This document shows, in pieces, positions 13,945 through 26,720 of a stretch of 64,000 bases of DNA. The notes below the pieces were generated by a model. The model was not told where the DNA came from, did no database searches, and saw nothing but the letters and a program-made list of their open reading frames with translations. The stretch is taken from NCBI GenBank assembly GCA_028534125.1, contig CM052816.1, forward strand, positions 30,816,001-30,880,000, in the 5' to 3' direction. This stretch comes from Lama glama. Its lineage: Eukaryota. Both the position numbers and the translations under genes were made by a program. The first letter of the stretch is position 1. Each line of letters starts with the position of its first letter.

Positions 13945-14410
13945 ATTCACTTACCCATTCAACTAATGTTTACTGACCACCTGCAATGTACCAGGGACTG
14001 TGTTCAGAACTAAGGAAACAAAGAGTAGAGCTTTACAAACTAAGGAGGCCATCATAGTTCAATGAACTTATGAAAAGGGAGATACTATCTACCAAAAACA
14101 AAACATCTAATTTAAAAAACCTAGATCCACAAAAGAAAACCTAGTTCAACTTCAGGAGGTCTAGGAAGCATTGCCAGAAGAAGAAATATGCAAGCTGGGT
14201 CCTGAAGAAAGGGGGAGTTATCTAAGAAAGAGAATGAGAAAAATTAGTCCAAGGGGAGAGAATAATATATGCAAAGGCAATGGGTCAAAAGAATCTGGTA
14301 TCTTTGGGAAAATATAGATAATTTTTATGGCTTAAGCAAAGCTTTTGAAAGGGCAACAATAGAAGGAGCCAACTTGGGAAAATCATGAAAGGATTCGTAA
14401 GCTGCATTAA
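13945..14410 (-). mobile_element. L2 LINE 3' fragment
   Basis: cattcaactaatgtttactgaccacctgcaatgtaccagggactgtg is the antisense L2 terminus. Confidence 0.7.
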
Positions 14411-14419
14411 AGACCTGAT

Positions 14420-14730
14420 AGTCAAATCTCCTTTCACTGAAGACACCCAAGTCCTTCTTGCTAATTTCTATTCATACTATGAGGCTCAGCTGAAACTTAA
14501 CTTCCCTAAGGAATCTAGTTCTGGGACTTGAAACCATGAGGGTCTAAGGTACAGTTTTCACCGTTCCACAGAATTTAAGGGAGTCAGACATGAATGACAG
14601 GTCTGTCTCCCCTGACAGGATGTAAACTCTTTAAGGTAGTGTATTGCATGTGTTTAGTTCACTGCGATCTTAGTATTATTCTGCACAGTAACTTGCTTAT
14701 AAAAGGCTCTCAACAAGTAAGTGCTGAATG
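14420..14730 (+). mobile_element. L2 LINE 3' fragment
   Basis: gtctgtctcccctgacaggatgtaaactctttaagg...ctctcaacaagtaagtgctgaatg. Confidence 0.6.
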
Positions 14731-14899
14731 CAGAAAGAAAGGTATATGCTCTTTATTAGATAGATACTGAATAAACCTTGGTGATATTTACACATATTTT
14801 TACTTTGAACAGCTCACTGTTTTGTAGAAAATTGCCTGAAGAAAGGGGTCATGACTGAACCTAAGAGGACAAATTAATATGAACCATGTATTTACAGCC

Positions 14900-15680
14900 A
14901 GACGATGTCCAATGAGTTTCATGTATGTTTTACCTCCTTAATTATCACAACTCTATAAAGAAGTAGATCCTATCACTCTTTTCATTTAAATAAGGAACTG
15001 AGACTCAGATTACTTAAGAAATTGCCTAAGATCACACAGTGTGTGACCTGGATACCTTGGGAGCCCACAAAGTGTAACTAGGATTAGAGCCAGATTAGGC
15101 TGGCAAGGTAGATGAGCCAGAATGCACAGGCTTCTTCTTGTAAGCCAGGGTCAGGAGTCTGACCTTCATTCCAAAAGCAATGGGAACCAAACAAAGAATT
15201 TTTAGCAAGTGTAACAATTAAATATGCAGTTGAACAAGAACACTGTAAATGAAAATCGGTCAATGGACTTGGGGAGAGTTAGGGAAATTGACACAAAAAG
15301 AGACATGCAGATTGGTGAGAAAGTTGATCCAAATATTCCTGGACAAAGGATGTCAATATTCTATACAATAATGATGGTAGTGTAGGATATGTCTGAAAAT
15401 ACATAGAGAAAATATTTAGCTATTCAAGGCAATGGACAGTTCACTCTGAAGAGCAAGAATAGATGGATGCAGATAACAAATAATGCATACCTCAGGAGAA
15501 AAGAACCTTTTTTTTGTTTGTTTTTTGTTTGTCTTCTGAAAGAAAGGGGGAAAATGTGGCCAAGATTCTAGTAAGTATGAATACTATTGAACACTGAAAG
15601 AAATTTCATTGGGTTTGATTTACTCTGTGAAGTAGAGAGACAGGTCATCTACTCAGAGTGAAGGGCAGATGAAGTTCTTT
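14900..15680 (-). mobile_element. MIR fragment (~14900-15090) followed by L2 fragments
   Basis: aataaggaactgagactcagattacttaagaaattgcctaagatcacacag (MIR); ggagtctgaccttcattccaaaagcaatgggaacc (L2). Confidence 0.6.
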
Positions 15681-15712
15681 GTAAATCACAAGGGTCAAGA
15701 ATAGGAGTACAA

Positions 15713-15953
15713 GGATGTGAGAGCAATCTGGCTGCGACATCTGTCACCCCACTGATCTCCAGGGTTGATTCGGCTGATCTGGCTGGCTACGCTGGTGTCC
15801 CCTTCCTTCCTCACCACTCCACGTGCATCCCTCCCGAACCTGCGCACTTGGTCAAAGAGGACGACCTTCCCCGACAGAGCAGGACCATTCTTCTTGGTCA
15901 AGGGTATACGAGTAGCTACGCTCCCCTGCTAGAACCTCCAAAAAGCTCTCAAG
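15713..15953 (+). pseudogene. RN7SK: 7SK snRNA retropseudogene, 3'-truncated (about the first 240 nt), no poly(A) tail
   Basis: Starts ggatgtgag, contains ctgcgacatctgtcacccc, ccagggttgattcggctgatctggctggct and agggtatacgagtagct, and ends agctctcaag. Flanked by the direct repeat tcaagaataggagtacaag (15695-15713 and 15949-15967). Confidence 0.96.
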
Positions 15954-16149
15954 AATAGGAGTACAAGTGTCACACAACAGATTATGTATGTGTTAAACAA
16001 TCAACTTCATTATGATGAAGTTAAAAAAAAAGATATATACTAAAGAAAAAGCTAAGTCACTTGATAGGCCATTCTTGAAGGAACAGTCAGTATCATAAAT
16101 ACGCCAACTCTTACACCACATGTTACTTAATAAAGTCACAATAAAAATG

Positions 16150-17815
16150 CTAATAGGACTTTGATCTTTGATGCAGAAAGAGAGATCTAAATTCATATGA
16201 AAAGCTAGATGTCAAAAATAGAAGAAAGCACTTTATCGGATTTAAAACCTAAAGCAATATTTACTAACGCATGGGTAGAATAAAATAAAAGAGTACAAAA
16301 GAGATTATCTGTGTATATATGTATATATGAATGTAGTATCTATTTAAAAGCAATTTTGCAAATAAATGGTAAAAATTGATTTTTCAATACATCATTTTAC
16401 AATAGCTGCAAGGACAACTGTCACTTTGGAAAATAAATGCATCAAACCACTATTTAATTCACAACACTGAAATAAATTAAAAATGGTGTATAAATGTATA
16501 CAAAATTATATATGAACTAAAAATTTTAAAAAATACTTATTGGAGAATGGACGATTTTCTAAATCTGATATAAAACCTAGAAACCATAAAAGTTTAATTA
16601 ATTTAACTATGTTAAACTAATGTGAGTTGATACAATGGAGGTCAAAGGGCAAAGGAGTGGTATCTCTAACATACCAAAAGAAAAATTAATAAAAGTGTTT
16701 ACCAAAATTCTATGGTAGGTAAAATCATTTTTCAAAAGTGAAACCAAAATAAAGACATACTTAAACAAATAAAAGCTGATATAATTTGTATAAAGAAAAC
16801 ATTTTATAAGAAAAGGATATTCTCTAAGCCAAAGATAAATTAAACTGGACAAAAACTAAGATTTAAAAGAGGAAATATAGAATATGAGAAATAGTAAATA
16901 AGTGGATATTATGATCTTAACTACTTTGAAAAGTATTTAATCTCTAAAACGAGAATTCTATTGTGTGGCTTGGGATTTACAAGATCCCATGAGGGAAAAC
17001 ATGAGGGGAAAATGCCTTATATTTTCACACCTTCCTTACATTTTAAATGAAATGCAACAATATTTATTCTAAGTAAAGAGTTACAAGATACTAATGTGTG
17101 CTGTTAATCCTAGAGGAACATTAAATGTAGAGTGATAACTAAAAATCCTAAGAGGAATTAAAATGAGATACTAGAAAGTATTCAAGCAAAACAAATGGCG
17201 GTTGTAAAGAAGCAACACAGGAAAAAGACCGGAACGGACAATTACGAAACAATCTCAAAATAGTAGACCCCCAGAAACTATGTCAATAATAATATTAAAC
17301 ACTACAGGAAAAAAGTAATCCAAATAGAAGAGAGATATTGTCAGATTGGACCCAAGAATGAGACCCAACTATTTGTTTTAGAAAATATACACTTTCAATT
17401 TAAAGACATAGCAAATAAAATGATAGGGAAAGATCATTCACTCACTAAACATAAGAAATCTCATGTGAAGAGACTTTCCACTAGAGAAAAATTAAGGTTC
17501 AAAGCAAACAATATTACGAGAGATAAACAGTGAATTTTTGGAATGACAAAAAGGTAAATTTATCATGAAGCTCATAATCATTAATGTATACACACCAAAT
17601 AATAGAGCTTCAGTGTACATAAAATAAAATTTGGTAATACTAAAATGAGAGAGAGACAAATCACCATCACATTGCAAATTTCAGTAATGGAATAAGGGCA
17701 TATACAATTTGAATCACATCATCAATCACTTTGATCTAACAGATCAAAATGCAATATTCAACACCCACAGAATACTTTTTAAGTGTACATGAAACATACA
17801 CCAACTTAGACCACT
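16150..17815 (+). mobile_element. Decayed L1 (ORF2 3' piece, then ORF1 end and ORF2 endonuclease region)
   Basis: agagatattgtcagattgga, tgtatacacaccaaataatagagcttca and atcaatcactttgatctaacaga are endonuclease-region motifs. Confidence 0.75.
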
Positions 17816-17819
17816 CTGG

Positions 17820-18135
17820 ATCTCCAGATCGGAAAGGTAAGACTTCTCTTGGAGTTCCTTCTGTCTGTACTCAGTGCACAGTTCCAGGACTCAGGTTGTT
17901 TTTGAGTCCAGGATGGGAGATATGGTAAGAAAACAAAAACAAAAGCAAACAGAACAGAAAACAAGAGATTCACCACCAGATGAAGCTCACTTCAAATTCT
18001 GGTTTTCTTTTTCAATTTGCCTGTTATCATTTATTTTTTCAAAATTCAACAAGCTGCCCCATGAATTCTCTCTAGGGAGACATGTAAACACTATCAAATG
18101 TTATTATTCCACCTTAACCAAAAGCAGAAGTCACT
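17820..18135 (-). mobile_element. Old L1 5'-end fragment
   Basis: Ends tattccaccttaaccaaaagcagaagtc, as antisense 5' termini of old L1M elements do. Confidence 0.45.
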
Positions 18136-18215
18136 GAATTATTTTTTTAAATACCTTTCAAAGTTTCAGATGTTTAAAAAAAAAACTTGTACTGGGATTT
18201 TAAATGTTCATGTGT

Positions 18216-18348
18216 GAGGGGAGGAAACAGCTCAAGTGGTAGCATGGTTAGCATGTAGGAGGTTTTGGGTTCAATCCCCAGTACTTCCTCTAAAAATAAG
18301 TAAGTGAATAAACCTAGTTACCTACCCCCCTCAAAAAAAAATAAAGTA
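18216..18348 (+). mobile_element. tRNA-derived SINE, camelid Vic-1-like
   Basis: A-box cagctcaagtgg, B-box gggttcaatccc, A-rich tail; perfect 14-bp TSD aaatgttcatgtgt (18202-18215, 18349-18362). Confidence 0.9.
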
Positions 18349-21300
18349 AAATGTTCATGTGTTGTCTTGTTTTCCATTATACTTAATTTTCAAGATTTAT
18401 TCATATACTTTTAAATTAAAATGATGGTGTTTGACTATTAATAAAGTAAAGTATCCAATTATGGTAAATAATCTCTTTTCCTTTTGGATAAGGAAGCTCT
18501 GTAGTAGACTTTGATCAGGACTCATTAATTTTGCTATGATAATTTAGTCAATTAATAATTTATATTTATTGTTAAATTCCAGAGATAACTAGCAAAGTTA
18601 TCTGGTCCTTTCAGAGTAGCTTCTTTTGCAGCAGGCAAAATTCTATTAAATGCCACTGGAAATATGTCAGATTACAAAAGTAAATATGAACTCTGAGACA
18701 AGGAGTTTAAGAACCTCAAGATTTTCTAACTTTCCCTGGCTGTCATCTTCATCTTGCCTTTCTTTTACTGTAATGATCAGCAGTGAAAAACTTTAAAGGA
18801 ACATCTTGGATTAACTGTCTTCAGGAGCAGCTATGTTGGTGGGGCTGGAGGGTGGGTATCTGGGTAGATTCTGTCTGTCATTGTGGCAAAACTTAACAGA
18901 GAAATCCCTTAAAGGCAATTGTGAGTGACAGCAATTTCTGAAGAAGCAGAAATCAAACTGAGTGTCTGTAGCAAAGGAAGAAAGAAAAATACAGAGAGTA
19001 GGCAGGGTTTGGAAAGAAGGCCTGGGGCTTAGCCATTGGAAATCTCTCCATGAGTTTCTCTCACTAGTCACTAGTCCAGAAATACATGGTTCATTCTTAG
19101 CATATTCAACTGCATGGTACTGAAGAAGAAGAAACTTAAGCATGCAAAAGGACAAAGAAAAAAGGAGGGAAAGTACTTCATTGATTTGAAAAATGTTAGT
19201 TTATTCTAAAACTTTTGACTACTAGCTTTCTTCTGCCTTAATATTTTAGATTATGCATGGCTTATACCAATGAAAGCCAAAACAATACAAAATCAAGGGT
19301 GGTTTGACTTTTATAAAATTACCAATACAGTTTACTTGCAAAGACAGTACTTAAAGTGACACCTGAAACTAGCTTATTTGGCTCAGCTTATTTGTTAATA
19401 TTAAAGAAAGAGAAAGACATCAAGATTCTTTTTTGAATAAGCCTCCAGTCTAGAGAGTAAAGTTAAAGCTGCATGTATTTTTAGAAGGTCTTCTTTCTTT
19501 CTGCACAATGAACAGAAAACAGTTCCTTGCAAGGCTCTATGACATTTATCCAGCCTCTCAAATCTGCTCCAGGTATCTGCCTGAAACTTTGTGATATGAC
19601 TGGAGAACTATGCTTATTCAAATGTATTGTCATATTGCTGTATTAAGTATTCTTCTTGCTTTATGTTTTGAAAAGAAAAATACTTAACTTGCCATTGCCT
19701 TTTTGCTTTCTTTTTTGCCACTCATGCTAAATTTTATTTAATGATTTCTTAAACTATTTAAAGAATTTAATTTCAATGGTGAATAATTTTAGTTTTCTTC
19801 GAAAACTTTCATTTTAGTTTCGTCAAGTTACTGATGTCAACATCAAACCCATTTTGATCACATTTCATTAGTAATGAGTAGGCCTCTCAAATTCTCCAAA
19901 CTGTCCTTTAATTGCTCAGTGGAAGGGAAAGCATGCATGACATCCTTCCTGCCTTAACAAGTAGGCGGGGAAGTCTGGGCAATAGCCATCATGAGCCCAG
20001 AAAGAAACTCCTTCAGAACCCCCAAACAACCACGTATCAAGAAATACAAAGGCTGATTACCCCAGTTCCGTGCACAGAACAAAGCTAATTCATTTTGCGT
20101 AAAAAAAAATTTTTTTAAAATGACAAATATTATACTATTATCCAACACAGGCTTTTCTATTATCTAGCGTGACTTTATATTGCTGAAATGAATATAACTA
20201 GAATCAACTTAATATTGGCCTAGAAAACAATAGGCAAACTGCTTGCAACCATTTTCATCCAGTGTCAATCACAGTGAAATATCTGCCTAAAGGGGCTATG
20301 TTTTTAATCCTGTGGTTTAATTGTCTATAAAGTTATCATAGACATTGTTCATGGAAACTGATGATTTTACTAACCATTTGATGCTCGATAATCAATGAAG
20401 CCTATGAAACCAAGGATAAACTGAAATTAATTAGACAAGAAAAGTATTTTCCTTGACGATTTCAAGAATGGGTTATGGAATTTTGAAATTATTTATCACA
20501 TCAAAATTGAATTAAAATTACTCAAGTGTATGTTGTTTTCTTATTTAGTGTTGATGGGCTTGGAGTAGAAATGGGGAGTTACTTGGCAATAACAGAATCA
20601 GAATATACTAGGATTGGAAGAAATACTAAATTCATTCAGTCTGAAAATCCACAGGATCATACACCATATGAGAATGCCATGTGCTCGCCCAGATGCCAAA
20701 AGTTAATAACCATGTTTTTTAAAAGAAACTTTTCTTATATACGTGCATTCCTCTGGTTGACCTATATACTGAGAATTCTTTTATTTTTAAAAGGCTATGT
20801 GCATTGGATTTCTGAGTTTTAGAAGGCCACAATATACTTGGAAGTCTAGATATCTGATCCTGTTTATGTGATTTTAATTAGCCAGTTGACTCCAGCCGAA
20901 ATATTAGTTTTCTAACCTTTGTTGGATTGCTATCATTAAACATCCTGACTGTTGTATTGATGTAAAGATGACATGGGCTGACTGAATTGTTTTCCAGGAC
21001 ATTTATTTTAAGATGTGAAGGTTAATGTGCAGTTCCTGTTCGATAAAAATTTCTCTCTAAAACTAAAATTAGCATATGTGCCCACATAAATAAGAAGATG
21101 ATTTGTTTTAGCAAAATTAGATTTGGATTTGAGGGACAGAATTTTTTGTTTCATTGATAATAATTAGCAATAAGCTAATAACTATTTGAAAGAGACAACT
21201 TATGCAAATCAAAATAATATTTAACAAATGGAGCTATAAATCAGATTACTTCACTGCTGCAAATATTTGGCCAATAAAAAAATGTTTAATATACACTGAG

Positions 21301-22284
21301 GAATGAATGCATGATGACCTTTGAACATTTTTCAATCTAATATGTACTGCTCTTTCATTTGACCATCTAAGGTAGTATAGTGGAACTTAAATCACATTAA
21401 ATCATATACTAATCAATGATCACATTTGTTATTCTTTTCTTTATTCATTCACATATGCCATAAATTCATTACCATACACACTGATTTAAAGTATTTTATG
21501 AAATGACTTTATGCATGGCATGTGTGTTAATTAAAAGAAGAGAAAGTAGCTTCAAAGCCTATTGCTCATTTAATCTTCTAGTTTAAGACCTATTTTTATG
21601 GATGTGTGAAAAAATAGCACATGTGCTGAATTCAATTGTAGATGGCTAATCTGGTGAGGCAGAAATGCACAACTGCCCTCGTTGAATTTCTAAGAAAATT
21701 CATGTCCAAACAGATGAAGCTCAGCCAGAGCTCCTTCCTGCCTGCCCTCTTCGCAAATGAAGCTACAAGTGGTGCATCTCTCCCCGAAGGGCTTGCTTTA
21801 GCCCTTCCGCGAGACCCACTGAACCGCTGACTTAGTTTTAAATTACTATCTCAATAGAATTTATCTGTTACTACCAAAGTAGCTTTTGATTAGCAACAAG
21901 TATGTGCATTTTAATCTTTCACCATCAGATTAACTTTTGGAATAAAAGTCAACATGTAAACAAATAATTTGAACGGCTATCTTCAGATTTGTTCTGTTTT
22001 TTGAGCAAAATATTGAGACAGTTACTCTGTAAATGATTACTTTAAGGCCACAAAATAGGTGTTTGTTTATAGATTTTAGAAACGTTCATATAAGTAAGAT
22101 CCCAGGGTTCCTGTGAACTAATGCACCTGAAAGTGCCTCACCCACATATGCTGTATTACTGCTACAAGGCTTTTATGATTTTAGTTAAGAACTGTCCGTA
22201 TTTTATCAGATTATTTTCTATTTTTTTTTAGAAAACAAAAAACTACTTAGAAATGAAGAGGAAAAATCTACTTAAATTATTAAT

Positions 22285-22820
22285 CTTTTAAATGATGTCC
22301 TAGTTCTATGCTCTATCAAAACAGCTCTTACTGAAATCAACAGAAATCTCAATTTTCCAAAATCTCAAGGTCCTCATTTTACTTAAACTTTTATCACCAT
22401 GAACATTACGGAACAAATCTTCAGACTCTTTCCTTGGCTTTTAGTATGCAATACTGCCTTAATTTTACTTCTATACGTTTTCTCTATTACTCCTTCAGTA
22501 TCTACTTTGTAAGCATTTTATTTGTACAATAAACATTACTATTTTTAAACTTTTTACCTTAAAGCCTATCCTCCACCATCTTTCTTTCTCTCTCCAATTC
22601 ATTCATGCACATGACTTCAATTATCGCACATACAGGTAGTTCACAAATGTATATGCAAATCCAGACCTCAGCTTTGAAGTCCAGACTTTTCTATGGAATT
22701 AGTATCTTGGTATTTGCTCTTTGATGTCTCAGAGGTGATTCTGAGTGAACATGTCCAAACATGAACTTAACAGTTTTTATTCAAAACATTGGTTCCCTGT
22801 CAATGTTTCTTTTCTCAGTG
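22285..22820 (+). mobile_element. L2 LINE fragment
   Basis: catgacttcaattatc...tcacaaatgtatatgcaaatccagacctc...aacatgtccaaacatgaact matches L2. Confidence 0.7.
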
Positions 22821-22989
22821 GCCAATGTTCTGGACTTAACTCCGTTAAGAACACTTAAATTTATAAATGGGCTGTTTAACACAGAGGTTCCACCCAACTT
22901 TGAAATTCTTACATAGTTTACTGATTTTGGACCACAGTGTCTTTATCTGTAATTAAAAACAAACAACAAAAACTGTTCTTTTACGCATT

Positions 22990-23372
22990 TCAGGATAGCC
23001 TAGGTTTTGATTGGTCAAAAAACTCCAAAATCTCAGTGATGCAAAACGATACGGTTTACTTTCAATTTCTGCTGCATGTCTATCTTAGGTGGCTGAGGAT
23101 TCCATTGTGCATCACTCATATTCTAGAGTCAAACAGATGAATCAGTCATGATTAAGTATGATGTGAGAAAGGAAAGAAACTCTGAATCAAAAGTCAAAAG
23201 AAATCTCTGTATCAGTCACCAAATATTGTGGCCCAGAAGGAACATACATCATTCCTGCTCACAAACTCATTGGCCACATGTCCCTCCCCGTCATGAAAGA
23301 CCCAAGAAGTACATGCCTAGAAGGCAAAGAACTGGGAATATTTTTGCTAAGTAGTACTAATGACTTCTATAT
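22990..23372. mobile_element. MLT1-family MaLR solo LTR
   Basis: tcaggatagcctaggttttg...aactccaaaatctcagtg...cattcctgctcacaaactcattggcca. Confidence 0.65.
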
Positions 23373-26300
23373 TACTTAAAAAATTGTTGTTTTAAAACAT
23401 GATTAATAAGCACAAGCTGAAAATTCAAACTCTTTGGATGTACTCGTTATGAACCTACCGATGATCAAATCATTTTCCCACCTGAAATACCGTATATGGA
23501 AACCAGTATTTTCTTTTTTTACGATTTTAATCAAATTATAATTGTTAAAGATACTTCTATTTTCTTAGCTCTTAAAATGTAAGCCTTCAATCAATTACCA
23601 ACTCATCAACCATTTAGACCTAATTACCTGAGTTCTCAATTCCCATGGACAACTCCTTAGGGACATCTCATAAAAAGTAGCGCTTACCCACAAAGAGAAA
23701 CATCTTCCTTGGGCTCTCATCATTAACTCTTTCCTCCAGAACAGACAAAGTCCTCCTTCTTTGGAACTATGGTCCCATGAAATATCCTAAATCCTCACGA
23801 CTCTCTGGTAGCATATCCTCACCTGTAGGTGTTGGACAGATACTATAACTTTGAGTTTCTCTTGAAGTTCTTTAGTTCTAACTATTCTGCTTTTCATTCA
23901 CTGTTTTGTTTTCGGTTATACTGGAAGATTCTTTTGCCCTTTTTAGTGAGTGGCAGGAGGCAGAAGAACTATTTCCTCTACAAAGTGTTATTTTCTTAAA
24001 AATCCAACAAGCTTGAAAGAAGAAATGATGCACAGGATTTCAAAAGTACTTTAGTTTCAGTCACAGTTCCCATCTTCTCCTTCTCAGGATAACAAGGAGC
24101 AACTATGCCAAGAATACACTGCTCCTACCCAGCACTTTTACTGAGACTGTGGTTGCACAGTCATTTCTAACTTGGTTTGCAAACTGTGTCAGAAAAAATT
24201 TCCTTCCATTCAACATCCAGGACCCTTCTTCCCAGCCATGTGAGTTTCCTGACAAGAAGATTTTTAATGCTGTCTGCAAGTGTAACACGGAGTAACTGCA
24301 GTTTCATGATCAGAGTACAGTATGCCTGACTGGCCAAGATGACGGGTACTTTAGTTAAATTCTTCACCAAGGAAAAACAGGCACTTACATTCTTTTTCCA
24401 CAGCTGGAGCTAAATCAAGTAATATGACTTGGCAAGTGTAGATGACATCCCATTGTGGTATGTCTGGGCTGCAAGTTCTGTAAAAAATTGTCATGAGCAT
24501 CTTACGCCAATCACAGGAATTTAGACACAGAATTAATTGTAATGGAAGGAATTAATTCTAATTCAAAGTGCAAAATAGTAGTTCTCCAACTTTGTGAACT
24601 AAACTATGTTTAGCCTTATAAAAAGCACCCATTTTCCATGCCTATTAACTATCACTGAAATTTTCAGAAGATTTTATAGAATAAACCCGCATGTTTTTCT
24701 TGAGGTGTACACCCTCAAGATGTTTTATACACATAATTACTAAGACTTGACTGATATTCATAAAAAAAGAATAGGTAACATTTCCTCCAGGAAATATTCC
24801 AGAAGAAAATATTTTGGAAAGTAAGATGGTAGCCAGGAGCAACGAATTAATAGCTGAGACCTAAGTCTACAGTCCATTCCTAAATCATTAATCGATAACT
24901 GGTGTATAGAGAATTTATATATAGTGTCTGGGTTTTTATCCTCTTCCTGTTTTTCATGGGTTTAAAAAGAAACAGCTTGGAAGTTAGCTGACAGAGGGAC
25001 TGGGCTCTCAAGTAGTGAAAGCAGGCAGAGGAAAAACATCAGGAAAGCATGTCTGTTGTGCGCTAGTAACTCCTCAATTGCACGTCTGCCACTGGTCTTT
25101 CACAGAACCCTGTGATGGTGGTCTTGTTTCTGTAGGTCATCTAGATCGTTCCGATTTGAAAGATTTCACCTCTCACTCTGATAAAACGTTAAAAAGCAGA
25201 GTGGGGAAAATCATTTATTTGAAATCCCACGTTTTCTAGTTGTGTTTATAAAGTATTACAAGTCTGTGAACACTCTGATTACTGACACAGATTCTGGAAC
25301 AGCCCTGTTACAATTCACTGTTACTATCTGTCCAATCACAGGATAAAGGCAGAGTGAGCTCTGCCTGTAGGCAAACTTCTCCTTAGGCACACTATCTGCT
25401 TCCATGTGCATCGGTTTAGTGCACTGCCCTGGTTTCTGATTTCTTGAAGCCTGACAATCTCAGGCTGAAACTCACCTTTTCTGGGCCTCTGTCAGCACTG
25501 TGCAGACCTACTGTGCCGTCTCACTGGTACTCGGGAGCCTTCAGGGAGAAGCTTTGCCATACAGCATGTCCCGTCGCCTCCCCGAGCCCTGGGCGCCCTC
25601 ACAGCTGCTCACACCACAGCCAGCCACTGAATGAACCTTGCAGGTGCTGCGTGTGATGTAAAAACAGATGATCGTTGGTTTTTTCTTATGAAAATACTTC
25701 TAGCTCTACCATTTGAAAATATTTACCAAAGCAAATTGGTGAAGCTGGATGTAACTTTGAAAGGTCATCCAGTCTTCAAGGAGTGTTGTACTATTGAGGG
25801 TGTTCTTTGTATGTTTCTTTGCAGTTGGGGGATTGCTTAGAACGGGACCATTATTGCTCAAGTTCTCTACAAACATAACTATCATTTATTAACAATGATA
25901 ACATTTAAAACACTGATTCTAATGTGGGACTCCGTATGTTCAAGGAACTTGTGAGTATTACAGAAGGGAACCGGAGGCTGAAATGATAAGAAAGAATGAA
26001 AAGAGATATGTATCTGTAAGCAAAGAAATACTAATTATTTGGGTTTACATACTGCCCCCCCTAAATGATTAAATGTTGAATTCAGTCATGCCTATAAAAA
26101 TGTTATCTAATGGTGAGCAACAGCTTTCCATTTGCACTGGAATGACACTTTTAGCAAAAGCTGGTTTATTACCTGAGTTATCTCAATAATTGCCAGAACG
26201 CTGTAATTTGTCTGTGGAACACATGTCAAAACAAGGAAATAAACAGTCACTAAAGTGACTGTTAGGCTGAGGGACACCAACCTTCTGTAAGCACTGAGGC

Positions 26301-26437
26301 TTTGTGCCTATTGCTAACAAAGCAATGTAAGGACTAACGACTTTTATGAAGAGGATCCAGCCCACTCTTTGGAAATGACTATAGTTGTGCCCAAAGGCAG
26401 GAAGATGAGCAGAGGAATCTGCATTTGCTTCTGGCTT

Positions 26438-26720
26438 CATTCTTTCATTTATTCACTTAGGCATTTAGCAGTGTCCTGTCCCGCATGTCAGGCTTAGCAC
26501 AAGGCCTGAGTACCTGAGTTACTAAAATAACTGAGTACTAGTGATGTGCAGAGCAGAGATACAGATTCCGTCTTCACAGGGATTTCAGTAAGGAGATGTG
26601 ATGCCAGTAGATGGAAGGATTTACTTAGAACCATGGAACATTTTGAGCAAAAGCAGGGCTGGGGTTTATGATGCAACATAATCATAATCAAAGGGCTAGT
26701 GCAAGAGTTTACTGTGGGCA
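26438..26720 (-). mobile_element. L2 3' fragment
   Basis: cattctttcatttattcacttaggcatttagcagtgtcctg matches the antisense L2 tail. Confidence 0.5.

Noticed and set aside
15695..15901. 68-aa minus-strand ORF
   Set aside because: It is the antisense reading of the 7SK retrocopy.
24088..24239. Possible + strand 152-nt exon (ttctcAG...GTGAGT) with one open frame
   Set aside because: Peptide not recognised and no partner exons found; indistinguishable from a pseudo-exon without data.
24428..24448. Minus-strand MSSTLAK, identical to the DRG1 N-terminus as I recall it
   Set aside because: Similarity ends after 7 residues and a stop follows shortly; treated as chance.
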